This document shows positions 52,930 through 63,657 of a stretch of 64,000 nucleotides of DNA, piece by piece. The DNA comes from Myxococcales bacterium (GTDB lineage: Bacteria; Myxococcota_A; UBA9160; UBA4427): NCBI GenBank assembly GCA_022563535.1, contig JADFNE010000005.1, positions 46,397-110,396 of the forward strand. The letters run 5' to 3'. How positions within the stretch are numbered: the first letter of the stretch is position 1; the number at the start of each line of letters is the position of its first letter. A program made the position numbers and the translations under genes. Below the pieces are notes generated by a model, which worked only from the letters and a program-made list of their open reading frames with translations, had not been told where the DNA came from and ran no database searches.

Positions 52930-54357
52930 ATGACGGGAAGTGAGACGAATTCTAGGTTCGACGTGATTGTGATCGGCGGAGGCCCGGGCGGCTATCCGGC
53001 CGCAATTCGCGCGCGCCAACTCGGTCTGAGCGTGGCGTTGATCGAATCGACCCACCTCGGTGGAATCTGTCTGAACTGGGGGTGCATCCCAACCAAAGCG
53101 CTGCTGTACAGCGCGGAGGTGTTTCAGCTGGCGCAACACCTGGAAGAGTTCGGAGTGAGCGCGGGCGAGCCGACCGCAAACATTGCGGATATGGTGACGC
53201 GCTCCCGACGAATTTCAAAGCGCCTGACTACCGGGATCAAACATTTGCTCAAGCAGAACCAGGTGGTGGTGTTCGATGGAATCGGTCGCCTCGCGGGCTC
53301 GGGGCGAGTTGTGGTCGAGAATAGGGGGGCTGCTGCGATCGATCTCACTGCCCCCAACATCATCCTGGCGACCGGTGCGCGCTCTCGCGATCTTCCTGGA
53401 ATCAAAGCGGACGGCGATCGAGTCTGGACATCGAAAGAGGCGATGATGCAGTCCGCAATTCCCAGCTCGCTGCTGGTCGTCGGTTCCGGGGCGATCGGGA
53501 TGGAATTCGCGAGCCTGTACAGCGACCTCGGCAGTCGGGTTACGGTGGTCGAAGCGCTACCACAGATTCTGCCGGTCGAAGACAGCGAGATCTCCGACTT
53601 GATCGTGAAAGATTTCAAGAAGCGCGGAGTGGAATTTCACACCGAGAGCACCGTGACCAAGCTCGAGCAAACCGAGACCGGCATGCGCGCGACGGTTCAA
53701 CTCGGGGCAGGAGAAGAGATCGTGCTCGAGGTCGATCGCGTCATTCTGGCAGTCGGAATCGTTGGAAACACGGAGCATCTCGGGCTCGAAGGAACTTCGG
53801 TACGAGTCGATCGCAGTCACATCGAGACAAACGAGTGGCTCGAAACCGGTGAACCCGGAGTCTATGCAATTGGTGACGTCGCGGGTCCACCGTGGCTCGC
53901 CCACAAGGCGACTCACGAGGGAATTCTCGTGGCGGAACGGATCGCGGGATTGCCCAATCTCAAACCCATCAACCCATTACGAATTCCGGGTTGCACCTAT
54001 TGCAGGCCCCAGATCGCGAGCATCGGATTGACTGAGGCACAGGCCAAGCTTCGTGCCAAGGAAAGTGGTCGCGAGATCAGAGTCGGGCGCTTTCCGTTTC
54101 GCGGCAATGGCAAGGCCATCGCCATGGGGGAGTACCAGGGAATGTTGAAGACGATCTTTGATGCCGCGACCGGCGAAGTGCTCGGCGCGCACATGGTGGG
54201 ACACGGCGTGACCGAACTCATCTCGAGTGTGAGTGCCGCCATGCAGCTCGAATCCACCGAGGCGGAGCTGATGCACACGATCTTTCCGCATCCGACCCTT
54301 TCAGAAGCCCTGCACGAATCGGTGCTCGCAGCCTTTGGACGGGCCATTCATATTTGA
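52930..54357 (+). CDS. lpdA: Dihydrolipoyl dehydrogenase
   Basis: FDVIVIGGGPGGYPAAIRARQLG...GGICLNWGCIPTKALL. NAD site VVGSGAIGMEFAS. C-terminal HPTLSEAL. Confidence 0.9.
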   Translation: MTGSETNSRFDVIVIGGGPGGYPAAIRARQLGLSVALIESTHLGGICLNWGCIPTKALLYSAEVFQLAQHLEEFGVSAGEPTANIADMVTRSRRISKRLTTGIKHLLKQNQVVVFDGIGRLAGSGRVVVENRGAAAIDLTAPNIILATGARSRDLPGIKADGDRVWTSKEAMMQSAIPSSLLVVGSGAIGMEFASLYSDLGSRVTVVEALPQILPVEDSEISDLIVKDFKKRGVEFHTESTVTKLEQTETGMRATVQLGAGEEIVLEVDRVILAVGIVGNTEHLGLEGTSVRVDRSHIETNEWLETGEPGVYAIGDVAGPPWLAHKATHEGILVAERIAGLPNLKPINPLRIPGCTYCRPQIASIGLTEAQAKLRAKESGREIRVGRFPFRGNGKAIAMGEYQGMLKTIFDAATGEVLGAHMVGHGVTELISSVSAAMQLESTEAELMHTIFPHPTLSEALHESVLAAFGRAIHI

Positions 54358-54537
54358 GAATGATCGAATAATTTGAAGTACGGCACCGCGCGCATGGCTG
54401 CTGCGTCGGCGGCCACCAGGCCGCTCGGTGCGCGATCCCACCGGAGGGGTGGTTTAGAGGGATCTACGCGGTGGATTGAATCACTCGATTCAAAACCTCC
54501 GCCACACCGAGACGGCCGGCGATCTAAGCGATCGTGA

Positions 54538-55428
54538 CTACGCCGACGTCGCGGCCACGTTACTTTGTGACGGTATGGACGCGGGCTCCACCTTGCGCAT
54601 GGCGCTGGTTCGCGGTTTCGAAGCCAGTAGCGATCGTCGCAGATCTTCGGGGCTCACCGGAGGGAGTCCCGCCTCTGTGGCGCGCTTGTGACAGGCTACG
54701 TAAATCGCCTGCTCCGAAAGTCGGCGAATTTCAATGCGGCCACCCTTGTTGACCGGATTGAACAGCGGCCCGGGCGCCACACCTCTTCGCGCCAGCCAGG
54801 CTTCCAATGCCAGCAGGCCTTCTCGATTTGCGGTGAAGCGACGGGGTGGCTTGGTGCCGTTGCCGCGGACGCAGATCGTGCTCGTGCGCCGATCGAAATC
54901 GGCGAGATCGAGCGCTGCAACTTCTGCGCGTCGCAGTCCGGCCCCAAATAGCAGGGCAAAGAGTGCTGAATCCCGTGGACCAGCGGGGGAGCGATCTTGC
55001 TCACACGCGGCGACTAGTGCTCGCAGTTCTTCCTGGCTCAAGGCCCTGCTCTTGCGAGGCGACGGGCCGGGGACCGCGGGAAGGTCGATTGCGCGCTGGT
55101 GGTCTTCAGCGGAGATCATGCCGAGGCGCCACACTTGCTTGAGAACACCGCGTAGCGCGGCGAGGTGCTTGTTCGCGGTAGCCGGCGCGAGCTCGCTGGC
55201 CAGTCGCGTTCGCAGTGCCGAAGTATGTTCGATGCGCAATGCACTCCACGGAAGAGAACGCATGTCACATCGCCCTTCTGACAAGTAACGGGCGATCTTC
55301 TGCAGGGCCTCGGTCATGGTTCTTCTCGAACCGGGACCCAATTGTGCGAGATAGAGTGCGGCCGGATGCTTGTCTTCCGGCGTTTCTCGTGCGAGTTCGA
55401 TGTCGCGAGACTCGAATCCGATGGTCAT
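54538..55428 (-). CDS. Tyrosine-recombinase/phage-integrase-like protein, apparently degenerate (no recognisable catalytic Tyr segment)
   Basis: SAM-like N-domain, then Arg-I box FGAGLRRAEVAALDL and VRGNGTKPPR. The HxLR box reads SPEDLRRS. The last 32 aa (LLASKPRTSAMRKVEPASIPSQSNVAATSA) have no LGH...Y motif, and I found none in the other two frames. Confidence 0.6.
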   Translation of the reverse strand: MTIGFESRDIELARETPEDKHPAALYLAQLGPGSRRTMTEALQKIARYLSEGRCDMRSLPWSALRIEHTSALRTRLASELAPATANKHLAALRGVLKQVWRLGMISAEDHQRAIDLPAVPGPSPRKSRALSQEELRALVAACEQDRSPAGPRDSALFALLFGAGLRRAEVAALDLADFDRRTSTICVRGNGTKPPRRFTANREGLLALEAWLARRGVAPGPLFNPVNKGGRIEIRRLSEQAIYVACHKRATEAGLPPVSPEDLRRSLLASKPRTSAMRKVEPASIPSQSNVAATSA

Positions 55429-55876
55429 GGTTACCCCCCCTTTTCAATCGACGCTGATGACGTCGTTCCCCTTTGCGTGACCCTCGTAAGTGGTGGACAC
55501 ATTTTGAAACCTATGGCGTTCGAGAGCCGCGAGGTATCGGGCGAAGAACCGAGCTCGGGGGTGGGAATCGTCTGTTGTGGAGTAGTTCGGTCTGGATCTT
55601 CTACCCCAAGTTGACGGAAAAATGGGCGATGGATTGCGCTTCGAGCAGGCAATTGCCGAGCATTGAAAGGAGATTGGACGGGTCGGGTCAATCGGCTCCG
55701 ACTCACAATTGTGATGGGGTATTTCCCGCTTTCTATGATTCTTTTCGCCGTCTGAGGTGACTCGCGAGATGCAACACGAATAGATTGTTCGTGTGTACCT
55801 TTTGTCGCTGAGAACGATCTGGGCCGGTGCAGGAATACTCTCAGGCCGCGGTCGCACCTTGCCGAAATAAATCGCC

Positions 55877-56386
55877 ATGCGACACGGATTTCTCGTCAGC
55901 ATGTCCGCGATTGCGGCTTTTGGGATCGGTGGGCTGTTGTACACGTCGGAGCCCTCGACCTGGTTCCCCGCCGTCAACGACTACTTCAGCCCCGACCCGG
56001 TACTCGTGGTGATCGTGGGGAGTTCCGAATTGGTCGACAGCGTGCGCGCAGTCATTTCTCCTGATCGCATCATCGCCGACACGGGCGATGCCTTCGCGCT
56101 GGTCGATCGTCGCATCATTGCGGCCAGTGCGGACGCCGCGAGTGGCCCGATCAATCAATTGGGTTGGATCGACGATCCGTTTGATCTGGTGGCAATGTCG
56201 AACGATCGCGGGCGGCAGTGGGAACAGAATCGCAACACGCCCAGAAGCAGCCGAAACAATCGCGCGATTAGCGACGAAGAGCGGGAGAAGGCCGCGCAGA
56301 TTGCCGAATTGATGCGGAAGCCGACACTGACTTCCACCGAAGCGGCTCAACTGCTCATGCACATGGATGCCACCGGCCAGTTTTAG
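55877..56386 (+). CDS. Hypothetical membrane-anchored protein
   Basis: ATG start. TM helix FLVSMSAIAAFGIGGLLY. Composition is more protein-like than the competing antisense ORF 55841..56362. Confidence 0.5.
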   Translation: MRHGFLVSMSAIAAFGIGGLLYTSEPSTWFPAVNDYFSPDPVLVVIVGSSELVDSVRAVISPDRIIADTGDAFALVDRRIIAASADAASGPINQLGWIDDPFDLVAMSNDRGRQWEQNRNTPRSSRNNRAISDEEREKAAQIAELMRKPTLTSTEAAQLLMHMDATGQF

Positions 56387-57558
56387 CTGTTCGTCTCTGG
56401 CTTACGTGCGGGCTTACGTGCGGGTTTGAGTGCGCTCTGGTTTCGAAACCAATTGATGGTTTCTGTGGCGTCATGTCGCTCCCGCACGAGATAACTCCGC
56501 ACGGCTCCGGCAAGACGTTCGTCCTTGAGATAGTGGGCGCTCACCGTGGGTTCGGCGTCGAAACCGCGAATCTGTTTGTATTCTCCACCCGCACCGGGCT
56601 CGAAGCGGGCCAGGCCGTGTTCAATGCAGTACTCGATCGGAGCGTAGTAACAAGTGTTGAAGTGGAGATGTCGCAGCTTCTGATCGGTCCCCCAGTAGCG
56701 GCCGTAGAGCACCTCTCCTTTGATCACGTTGAGCGTCCCGGCAACCGTCTCCTTACCCCGACGCGCCAAGGTGATTTGTAGTCGATCGCGAAAGCGCTCG
56801 GTGATCAGTTCGAAGAACTCTCGATTCAGATACTGGCGCCCCCAGTAGTAGTGATTCTCTATGTTGGCCAGGTAGAAGCGATACAGGTGAGACATGGCGT
56901 CTTGGTCGATCTCGTTTCCGACCAGGAACGAAATCTCGATTCCCTGTCGTACGAGTTCTCGACGCTCGCGACGAATCTGATTCCGGCGCTTGCTGCGAAA
57001 GCGCTGCAGATAATCCTCGAAACTCTGATAGCCGTCGTTCTTCCAGTGATACTGAAAGCCCATCCTCGTATCGAAGCCGATCTCCTTCAGGATATCTTGT
57101 TCTTCGGGTCGGCAGAAATTGACATGGGCTCCCGAGATATCCTCGTCCTCGCAGAGTTGGCGCAGAACCCCGCCGAATTGCCGGATCCAGTGCCTGTGGT
57201 CTTGATCTTCGGCGACCAGAAAGCGCGTACCGGTCACCGGGGTAAACGGAATTCCGACCAATAGCTTTGGGAAGTACGAAATTCCCGCGCGCTCCGCTGC
57301 CTGGGCCCAGCCGTGGTCGAATACGAATTCGCCCTCGCTGTTGTACTTGACGTAGAGCGGGCACGCGGCGACGAGCCGATCTTCTTCATAGCCGACCAGC
57401 GTACGCGGGATCCAACCCGTTTCGCCGCCGACACAACCGCTCTCTTCGAGGGACGCGAGCCATTCCCATTCGAGAAACGGCGATTCATCCCCCACGAGGA
57501 GGTTCCAGGCGTCTCGAGGTAGCGTGCTCACTCCCTCCGTCATTTCGATTCTGGGCAT
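56383..57558 (-). CDS. FemAB-like / GNAT-fold N-acetyltransferase family protein (DUF482 type)
   Basis: WNLLVGDESPFLEWEWLASLEESGCV...YVKYNSEGEFVFDHGWAQAAERAGISYFPKLLVGIPFTPVTG...LHFNTCYY. Confidence 0.7.
   Translation of the reverse strand: MPRIEMTEGVSTLPRDAWNLLVGDESPFLEWEWLASLEESGCVGGETGWIPRTLVGYEEDRLVAACPLYVKYNSEGEFVFDHGWAQAAERAGISYFPKLLVGIPFTPVTGTRFLVAEDQDHRHWIRQFGGVLRQLCEDEDISGAHVNFCRPEEQDILKEIGFDTRMGFQYHWKNDGYQSFEDYLQRFRSKRRNQIRRERRELVRQGIEISFLVGNEIDQDAMSHLYRFYLANIENHYYWGRQYLNREFFELITERFRDRLQITLARRGKETVAGTLNVIKGEVLYGRYWGTDQKLRHLHFNTCYYAPIEYCIEHGLARFEPGAGGEYKQIRGFDAEPTVSAHYLKDERLAGAVRSYLVRERHDATETINWFRNQSALKPARKPARKPETNS
56399..56434 (-). repeat. In-frame 12-bp tandem repeat ggcttacgtgcg x2 + degenerate third copy (encodes KPAR KPAR KP)
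   Basis: Read directly from the sequence at the 3' end of the gene. Confidence 0.7.
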
Positions 57559-57671
57559 GACAATGCAGTCTATAGCGTTCGGGCTATTCTCCCGCTGTGG
57601 AACCTCATCATCTTTTGAACCGCGAGGCCCTATTGGGAGCGAGAGGGCGCGCCCGCTCCGCGGATGTAATC

Positions 57672-57998
57672 ATGAGTGCTGGTGGCAATGTCCCCGGAGA
57701 TCAGCGCGACTCGGGGCTTGCGACCGAAGAGCGAAAAAAGACAAAGCGCCCGGATCGTTACAAGGTTCTTCTATATAACGACGACTACACACCGATGGAT
57801 TTTGTGGTGAGCGTGCTGGTAGATGTCTTTGGGAAGGGCCCCTCGGCGGCCACTCAGATCATGCTCCAGGTCCACAAGGGTGGACATGGCGTAGCCGGTG
57901 TCTATATCAGGGAGGTCGCGGACACAAAGGTCGCGACCGTGCATCGGTTGGCCGAAGAAAAAGGCTACCCCCTGCGCAGTGGTGTCGAGAAGGAATGA
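57672..57998 (+). CDS. clpS: ATP-dependent Clp protease adaptor ClpS
   Basis: YKVLLYNDDYTPMDFVVSVLVDVFGK...ATQIMLQVHKGGHGVAGVY. ATG at 57672. Confidence 0.9.
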   Translation: MSAGGNVPGDQRDSGLATEERKKTKRPDRYKVLLYNDDYTPMDFVVSVLVDVFGKGPSAATQIMLQVHKGGHGVAGVYIREVADTKVATVHRLAEEKGYPLRSGVEKE

Positions 57999-58049
57999 AC
58001 AGGGAACGCGCCGGCGTATCGCCGGGTTTTGACGGAGAACCAACGTAGT

Positions 58050-60305
58050 ATGGCAGGAGCCAGTCGCGAGTTGCACATGACGCTTCAATCGGCCTTTCAG
58101 GAGGCCGTGCACCGTCGTCACGCCTACGTGACGGTCGAGCATCTGCTGTTTGCCCTGCTGCACGACGAGCGCGGGGTGGAAATCATCCAGAGCTGCGGCG
58201 GACATGTAGAGACGCTCAAGCAGGAGCTCGAGCGATTCTTTCGAGAAGACCTGGAACGAGTGCCGGGAGACGAAGACTTCGAAGCCAGTCAAACCTTGGC
58301 GTTTCATCGAATTCTGCAGCATGCCGTCGATCACACCACGAGCGCCGAAAAAGAAGAGGTCGAAATCGGCGACCTGTTGATAGCGCTCTACCAGGAGCCC
58401 GATTCTTACGCGGTATTGCTGCTTCGCAGCCAGGAAGTCGATCGCCTCGATCTGCTTCAGTACATCTCGCACGGCATTGTCAAGACACGAGACGGTCAAG
58501 CGGGTGATCCACTGGATGCGACCAGTCCCGGTGGACTCGGGGAAGAAGCTGAAGGTGTTCCAGCCGATCCGTTGAAGGCGTTTGCCACAAATCTCACCGC
58601 CCTGGCGGCCGAGGGCAAGCTCGACCCGATGATCGGGCGGGGCAGCGAGCTCGAGCGAATCATTCACATCCTCGCGCGTCGACGGAAGAACAATCCCATC
58701 TTCGTGGGCGAAACCGGGGTGGGGAAGACTGCGTTGGCCGAGGGCCTGGCAATGCGCGTGCACGAGGGTCGTGTTCCAGACGACCTCACTGACGCGCAGA
58801 TCTACTCTTTGGATCTCGGTGCGCTACTGGCGGGTACTCGCTATCGCGGTGACTTCGAGGCGCGCTTCAAAGCATTGTTGGCCGCGCTCGACGCGTGCGA
58901 ATCGGCAATTCTCTTCATCGACGAAATCCATACGATTCTGGGGGCGGGTTCGGCACAGGGCAATACTGTCGATGCCTCGAACCTGCTGAAGCCGGTGCTC
59001 GCCGGCGGCAAGCTGCGCTGCATGGGTTCGACGACCTACCAGGAGTACCGTCACTTCGAACGCGATCGGGCGCTGGCGCGTCGTTTTCAGAAGGTGGACA
59101 TAGGCGAACCCTCCAGTAGCGACTGTCTGCGCATCCTGAAAGGCCTCGCCTCGCGCTATGAAGAGCACCACGGTGTCCGGTACACCAGTGGAGCCCTCAA
59201 GGCGTGTGTCGATCTTTCCGTGCGCCACATTGGCGATCGCTTCCTGCCGGATAAAGCCATCGACGTGATGGACGAGACCGGTGCAGCGGTGCGCCTGCGA
59301 CCTCAAAGCAAAAAACGCAAGACGGTGGGCGTGCGAGACGTCGAAGCCGTGATCGCCCGGATGGCTCGGATCCCGTTGGAGCGGACCCAGGGCGAAGATC
59401 GCGAGCGCCTGTTGAAGCTCGATGAAGACATCAAGAGCGTGGTGTTTGGTCAGGACAGCGCGGTCGAGTCTGTGGTCAGGGCAATCAAGCGTTCGCGCGC
59501 TGGACTCGGCGGAGTGGATCGTCCCATCGGGTCGTTCTTGTTTACGGGCCCGACCGGCGTAGGCAAGACCGAGTTGAGCAAACAACTGGCCAAGACCCTG
59601 GGAGTTCCCTTCCTTCGCTACGACATGAGCGAATACATGGAGAAGCATGCGGTCTCTCGCTTGATCGGCGCGCCGCCGGGATACGTGGGTTACGACCAGG
59701 GTGGCATGTTGATCGAAGACGTGCGCAAGAACCCCTATGCGGTGCTGCTGCTCGACGAGATCGAGAAGGCTCACCCGGATGTTTTCGACATTATGCTTCA
59801 GGTCATGGATCACGCGGTGCTCACCGACAACCAGGGGCGGGAAGCAGATTTCCGACACATCACGTTGATCATGACCTCGAACGCTGGCGCCCGAGAAGCT
59901 TCATCCAACGCCATCGGGTTTGGGGGTGGCAAGGCGGGCAGTACCTCCAAGGCACTCGAACGCCTGTTCAGCCCGGAGTTTCGCAATCGACTCGACGAGA
60001 TCGTCGTCTTCGAGCCTCTCGATCCCAGTGTGATGGACCTCGTCGTTGAAAAGTTCATCAAGGAACTCGAAGCGCAGCTCGCGGAGCGCAAGATCAAAAT
60101 TGAGCTGGACCCGGCCGCGCGAAAGTTGTTGGCCGAGTTGGGATATGAACCCGATTTCGGTGCACGGCCTCTCGCACGGGTCATTCAACGGGACATCATC
60201 GACGCAATTTCGGATCATGTCTTGTTCGGCAACCTCACCAAGGGGGGAGAGGTTCGGGTGAGCGTGACGGATGGTGGGTTTAGCTTCGAGTACTCTGATC
60301 GCTGA
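58050..60305 (+). CDS. clpA: ATP-dependent Clp protease ATP-binding subunit ClpA
   Basis: N-domain [17 protein letters not shown]. Two AAA+ modules: [17 protein letters not shown] and [17 protein letters not shown]. Alternative start at 58029. Confidence 0.9.
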   Translation: MAGASRELHMTLQSAFQEAVHRRHAYVTVEHLLFALLHDERGVEIIQSCGGHVETLKQELERFFREDLERVPGDEDFEASQTLAFHRILQHAVDHTTSAEKEEVEIGDLLIALYQEPDSYAVLLLRSQEVDRLDLLQYISHGIVKTRDGQAGDPLDATSPGGLGEEAEGVPADPLKAFATNLTALAAEGKLDPMIGRGSELERIIHILARRRKNNPIFVGETGVGKTALAEGLAMRVHEGRVPDDLTDAQIYSLDLGALLAGTRYRGDFEARFKALLAALDACESAILFIDEIHTILGAGSAQGNTVDASNLLKPVLAGGKLRCMGSTTYQEYRHFERDRALARRFQKVDIGEPSSSDCLRILKGLASRYEEHHGVRYTSGALKACVDLSVRHIGDRFLPDKAIDVMDETGAAVRLRPQSKKRKTVGVRDVEAVIARMARIPLERTQGEDRERLLKLDEDIKSVVFGQDSAVESVVRAIKRSRAGLGGVDRPIGSFLFTGPTGVGKTELSKQLAKTLGVPFLRYDMSEYMEKHAVSRLIGAPPGYVGYDQGGMLIEDVRKNPYAVLLLDEIEKAHPDVFDIMLQVMDHAVLTDNQGREADFRHITLIMTSNAGAREASSNAIGFGGGKAGSTSKALERLFSPEFRNRLDEIVVFEPLDPSVMDLVVEKFIKELEAQLAERKIKIELDPAARKLLAELGYEPDFGARPLARVIQRDIIDAISDHVLFGNLTKGGEVRVSVTDGGFSFEYSDR

Positions 60306-60392
60306 TTTTGGCTAGTGCCGGCACGGGTGATGAATTAGGCGGATTTGCTGAGGGTTCGTCGGAAGGTCGGCTGGGCTGCTAGGGTGTGCGGC

Positions 60393-61322
60393 ATGGAAAT
60401 TCTGCTGGCGAGTCCCCGGGGTTTTTGCGCCGGCGTGGACCGCGCAATCGAAATCGTCGAACGCGCTCTCGAACGCTACGGCGCGCCCGTCTACGTGCGA
60501 CACGAAATCGTGCACAACCGGTATGTCGTAGACGCGCTGCGTGAAAAGGGTGCCATCTTCATCGAATCGCCGTCAGAAGCCCCGGCGGGGGCAAAGCTGA
60601 TATTCAGCGCCCACGGCGTCTCACCCGAGGTGCGTACCGAAGCCGCACGGCTCGACTTGCAGACGATCGACGCCACATGCCCATTGGTCACCAAGGTGCA
60701 CGTAGAAGTAAAGCGGATGGTCGCAGAAGGTTTTGAGATCATCATGATTGGGCACGCGGGTCACGTCGAAGTCGAAGGAACCATGGGGCAAGCGCCCGGC
60801 AAGATGTATCTGGTCGAAACCGTCGAGGATGTTCAGCGACTCCAGGTGCGCAACCCGGAGCGTCTCGGATGTGTGACCCAGACAACCCTGTCGGTCGATG
60901 ATACGGCGGTGGTCAAGGAGAGCCTGAAGCAGCGCTTCCCTTCCATCATCCTGCCCAAGCGCGACGACATTTGTTACGCCACGCAAAACCGACAAGACGC
61001 CGTGAAGACATTGGCCGAGCGGGCCGACCTGGTGATGATCGTAGGCGCCCCAGCATCCTCGAACAGCAACCGCCTGGTCGAAGTGGCGGCCAAGCGCGGA
61101 ATTCGCAGTGTGCTGATCCAAAACGCCGATGCCATCGAACCCGCCTGGCTCGACGGAGTCGAATGCGTCGGCGTCAGCGCGGGTGCGTCAACGCCAGAGT
61201 TCCTGCTCGAACGAGTGATCGACCGTCTCAAGGAGATTCACGGCGGTGAGGTTTACGTGCGTTCGCTGGGGGAAGTCGATGAGGGGATGACGTTCAAGTT
61301 GCCTGCGGTGCTGCGCGACTGA
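60393..61322 (+). CDS. ispH: 4-hydroxy-3-methylbut-2-enyl diphosphate reductase
   Basis: [23 protein letters not shown]...[10 protein letters not shown]...TCPLVTKVH...SSNSNRL. Confidence 0.9.
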   Translation: MEILLASPRGFCAGVDRAIEIVERALERYGAPVYVRHEIVHNRYVVDALREKGAIFIESPSEAPAGAKLIFSAHGVSPEVRTEAARLDLQTIDATCPLVTKVHVEVKRMVAEGFEIIMIGHAGHVEVEGTMGQAPGKMYLVETVEDVQRLQVRNPERLGCVTQTTLSVDDTAVVKESLKQRFPSIILPKRDDICYATQNRQDAVKTLAERADLVMIVGAPASSNSNRLVEVAAKRGIRSVLIQNADAIEPAWLDGVECVGVSAGASTPEFLLERVIDRLKEIHGGEVYVRSLGEVDEGMTFKLPAVLRD

Positions 61323-61363
61323 AAAGCAAGGTCCTGTGCCCGACATTGAAACATCGATAGCGT

Positions 61364-62431
61364 TTGCAGCAACTGAGGAATTCTGGATTGACGAGCGAGT
61401 CAGCAAAATACACGGCGACCGAGCGGTTCCTCCGCAGTTGTCGAGGAGAGCCAGTCGATCGACCCCCGGTCTGGTTGATGCGTCAGGCCGGACGCTACCT
61501 GCCGGAGTACCGCCGGGTGCGCGAGGGAGTGAGCTTCGTCGAGATGTGCCGCAGTGTCGACCGGGCGGTCGAAGTCTCCCTGCAGCCGATCGATCTGGTG
61601 GGCAGCGAAGCGGTGATCATGTTTCAGGACATCTTCACGCCAATCCCCGGCATGGGAGTGGAACTCGACTTCGCTCCGGGGCCGGTGATCGCCGAGCCGA
61701 TTCGCAGCTCCGATCAAGTGGAACGGTTGCGGGTTCCCGACCCAACCGAGAGCGTTCCATTCGTTTTTGAAATCCTGCGAACCTTGCGGCGGGAACTCGA
61801 GGGGCGACAAATACCGTTGCTCGGATTCGCCGGGGCGCCCTTTACGTTGGCCGCCTACATGGTCGAGGGGCGCGGCTCAAAGGACTTCACCCAAATCAAG
61901 CGCATGATGCACCGCGAACCCAAATTGCTGAATGCACTGCTCGACAAGTTGACCGACTGCAGCGTGAGCTACCTCAACGCCCAGATCGAGGCGGGAGCTC
62001 AGGCGGTGCAACTCTTCGATACCTGGGCTGGGTTGCTCACTGCGGCGGAGTACCGCGAATGGATCCTGCCCCGCCACCAGCAGATCGCCGAGAGGGTCCA
62101 CCGGGACCGAGCTCCACTGATTCTCTACATGAACAATGGCGCCCATTTGCTCGAAGACTCCGTGGAGTCAGGGGCAGATGTTCTCTCGCTGGATTGGCGA
62201 GTGGATCTCGCAAACGCCGCTCGCAACTACGGCGACCGCGTGGCACTCCAGGGCAATCTCGATCCTGCCGCACTCGCCGCGCCCAGAGAGAAGATCGCGA
62301 CGATGGTGCAAAAGATGTCTCGGGACGCCGAACCCGCAAAGGGTTACATCGCAAATCTCGGTCACGGCTGTCTTACCGACACCCCGGTCGACGGAGTGCG
62401 CGCCTTTACCGAAGCAGTCCGCTCGCTGTAG
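61364..62431 (+). CDS. hemE: Uroporphyrinogen decarboxylase
   Basis: RFLRSCRGEPVDRPPVWLMRQAGRYLPEYR...FDTWAG...NLGHG. Confidence 0.9.
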   Translation: MQQLRNSGLTSESAKYTATERFLRSCRGEPVDRPPVWLMRQAGRYLPEYRRVREGVSFVEMCRSVDRAVEVSLQPIDLVGSEAVIMFQDIFTPIPGMGVELDFAPGPVIAEPIRSSDQVERLRVPDPTESVPFVFEILRTLRRELEGRQIPLLGFAGAPFTLAAYMVEGRGSKDFTQIKRMMHREPKLLNALLDKLTDCSVSYLNAQIEAGAQAVQLFDTWAGLLTAAEYREWILPRHQQIAERVHRDRAPLILYMNNGAHLLEDSVESGADVLSLDWRVDLANAARNYGDRVALQGNLDPAALAAPREKIATMVQKMSRDAEPAKGYIANLGHGCLTDTPVDGVRAFTEAVRSL

Positions 62432-62452
62432 AGGTTCCCGTCTCGCCAAACG

Positions 62453-63490
62453 TCAGGCGACCGCCTCTCGCACCATCGACGCCACCCCGTCGACCCACTC
62501 CGGATCCGCGTTGACGCAGGGTATGAGGCACAACTCCTCACCCCCCAATTCGTTCCACTGCGCTCGGGCGCGAATCCCCACCTCTTCCAGGGTCTCGAGA
62601 CAGTCGGCGACGAAGGATGGACAGAACACCGCGGGTCGCTTGATCCCTCGGGCCGCCAGCTCGGGCAGGACTTTGATCAGGTCCGGGTCGAGCCAGGGTG
62701 TGCGGCCGAGGCGAGACTGAAAAACCAGAGACGTGTTTTTCTCTTCCAGATCCAGATCGGCTATGAGTACGCGGGTGGTCGCGAAGCAGTGGGCGCGATA
62801 GCAACCTCGGTTGTCGGCACAAGACGTCTCGCAGCAATCTGGCTCGACCAGACAATGGCTCCCGCTCGAGTCGAGATCGCGCACCTGCCACTCCGGCAGA
62901 CCGTGATAGCTGAATATGACGTGGTCGGGAGCGAAGTCCTTCAAGATGGGCTCCGCCCTGGCCGCGTAGGCATTGCAAAAACTCGGATGCTCGAAGAACG
63001 CCCCCAGCGTGTGCAACGGTGGAGGTCGCTCTACCGTTTCCAGAACTCTGGCGACCTCTGCAAGCGCGCTGCCCGTGGAGGCGATTGCGTACTGGGGAAA
63101 TAGCGGCAGGACGACGATCCTCTCGAGATCGTTCGCGAGCAGCAACCTCATGCTCTCTGCAATGCTGGGCGAGCCGTAGCGCATCGCGAGTTCGACGCGG
63201 AAACCGTCTCCGAGCTGCTCGGAAACCGATTCGGCGAGGCTGCGCCCGAAGTACAACAGGGGCGAGCCCTCGGGCATCCAAATGGTTCGATATGCCGCCG
63301 CCGACCTCTGCGGCCTGAAGGGCAGGATCACAAAATTGAGCAGAAGCCAACGCAGTGGTCGCGGCAGACGGATCACGCGACGATCTGAAAGAAATTGACG
63401 CAAATAACGACGGACATCGCTGACTTCTGGTGAATCTGGGGTCCCGAGATTGACCAATAGAACACCAATTTGATTATCTTGATTTGCCAC
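62453..63490 (-). CDS. hemH: Ferrochelatase
   Basis: IGVLLVNLGTPDSPEVSDVRRYLRQFLSDRRVI...FSYHGLP...PSFVADCLETLEE. I chose GTG at 63490 so the gene does not overlap the divergent response-regulator start. The ORF runs to 63664, so the start is uncertain. Confidence 0.8.
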   Translation of the reverse strand: MANQDNQIGVLLVNLGTPDSPEVSDVRRYLRQFLSDRRVIRLPRPLRWLLLNFVILPFRPQRSAAAYRTIWMPEGSPLLYFGRSLAESVSEQLGDGFRVELAMRYGSPSIAESMRLLLANDLERIVVLPLFPQYAIASTGSALAEVARVLETVERPPPLHTLGAFFEHPSFCNAYAARAEPILKDFAPDHVIFSYHGLPEWQVRDLDSSGSHCLVEPDCCETSCADNRGCYRAHCFATTRVLIADLDLEEKNTSLVFQSRLGRTPWLDPDLIKVLPELAARGIKRPAVFCPSFVADCLETLEEVGIRARAQWNELGGEELCLIPCVNADPEWVDGVASMVREAVA

Positions 63491-63657
63491 GGACCCAGCA
63501 TGCCACAGGCCGCCTTCTCCCGCGGGTGGGTCGGGTGCCGCAAATCGAAAAAGAATGCTTTTGGTAAATCGGCGAAGGCTGTACGCTCTGGTTAACGACC
63601 GTCGGCGCATGTCTACGTTCGGAAGGTAGTGCGCACTAGATAACGAGTGAGGCACGG

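Noticed and set aside
52720-53139. Upstream extension of the CoA-transferase ORF
   Set aside because: It would overlap the divergent lpdA start region. The family-III CoA-transferase N-terminus (MSGAGPLAGITVLDLT) starts at ATG 52719.
54358-54537. Possible tRNA or tRNA fragment / att site next to the integrase-like gene
   Set aside because: I looked for T-arm (GGTTCGAATCC-like) and acceptor/CCA features on both strands. I found only an imperfect hairpin (GAATC-GAGT-GATTC core) and no cloverleaf. A tRNAscan-SE/ARAGORN run would settle it.
55444-55977. 177-aa minus-strand ORF downstream of the integrase-like gene start region
   Set aside because: Its composition is not protein-like (Ser/Pro/Arg/Cys-rich). 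It overlaps the start of the better-looking plus-strand gene at 55877.
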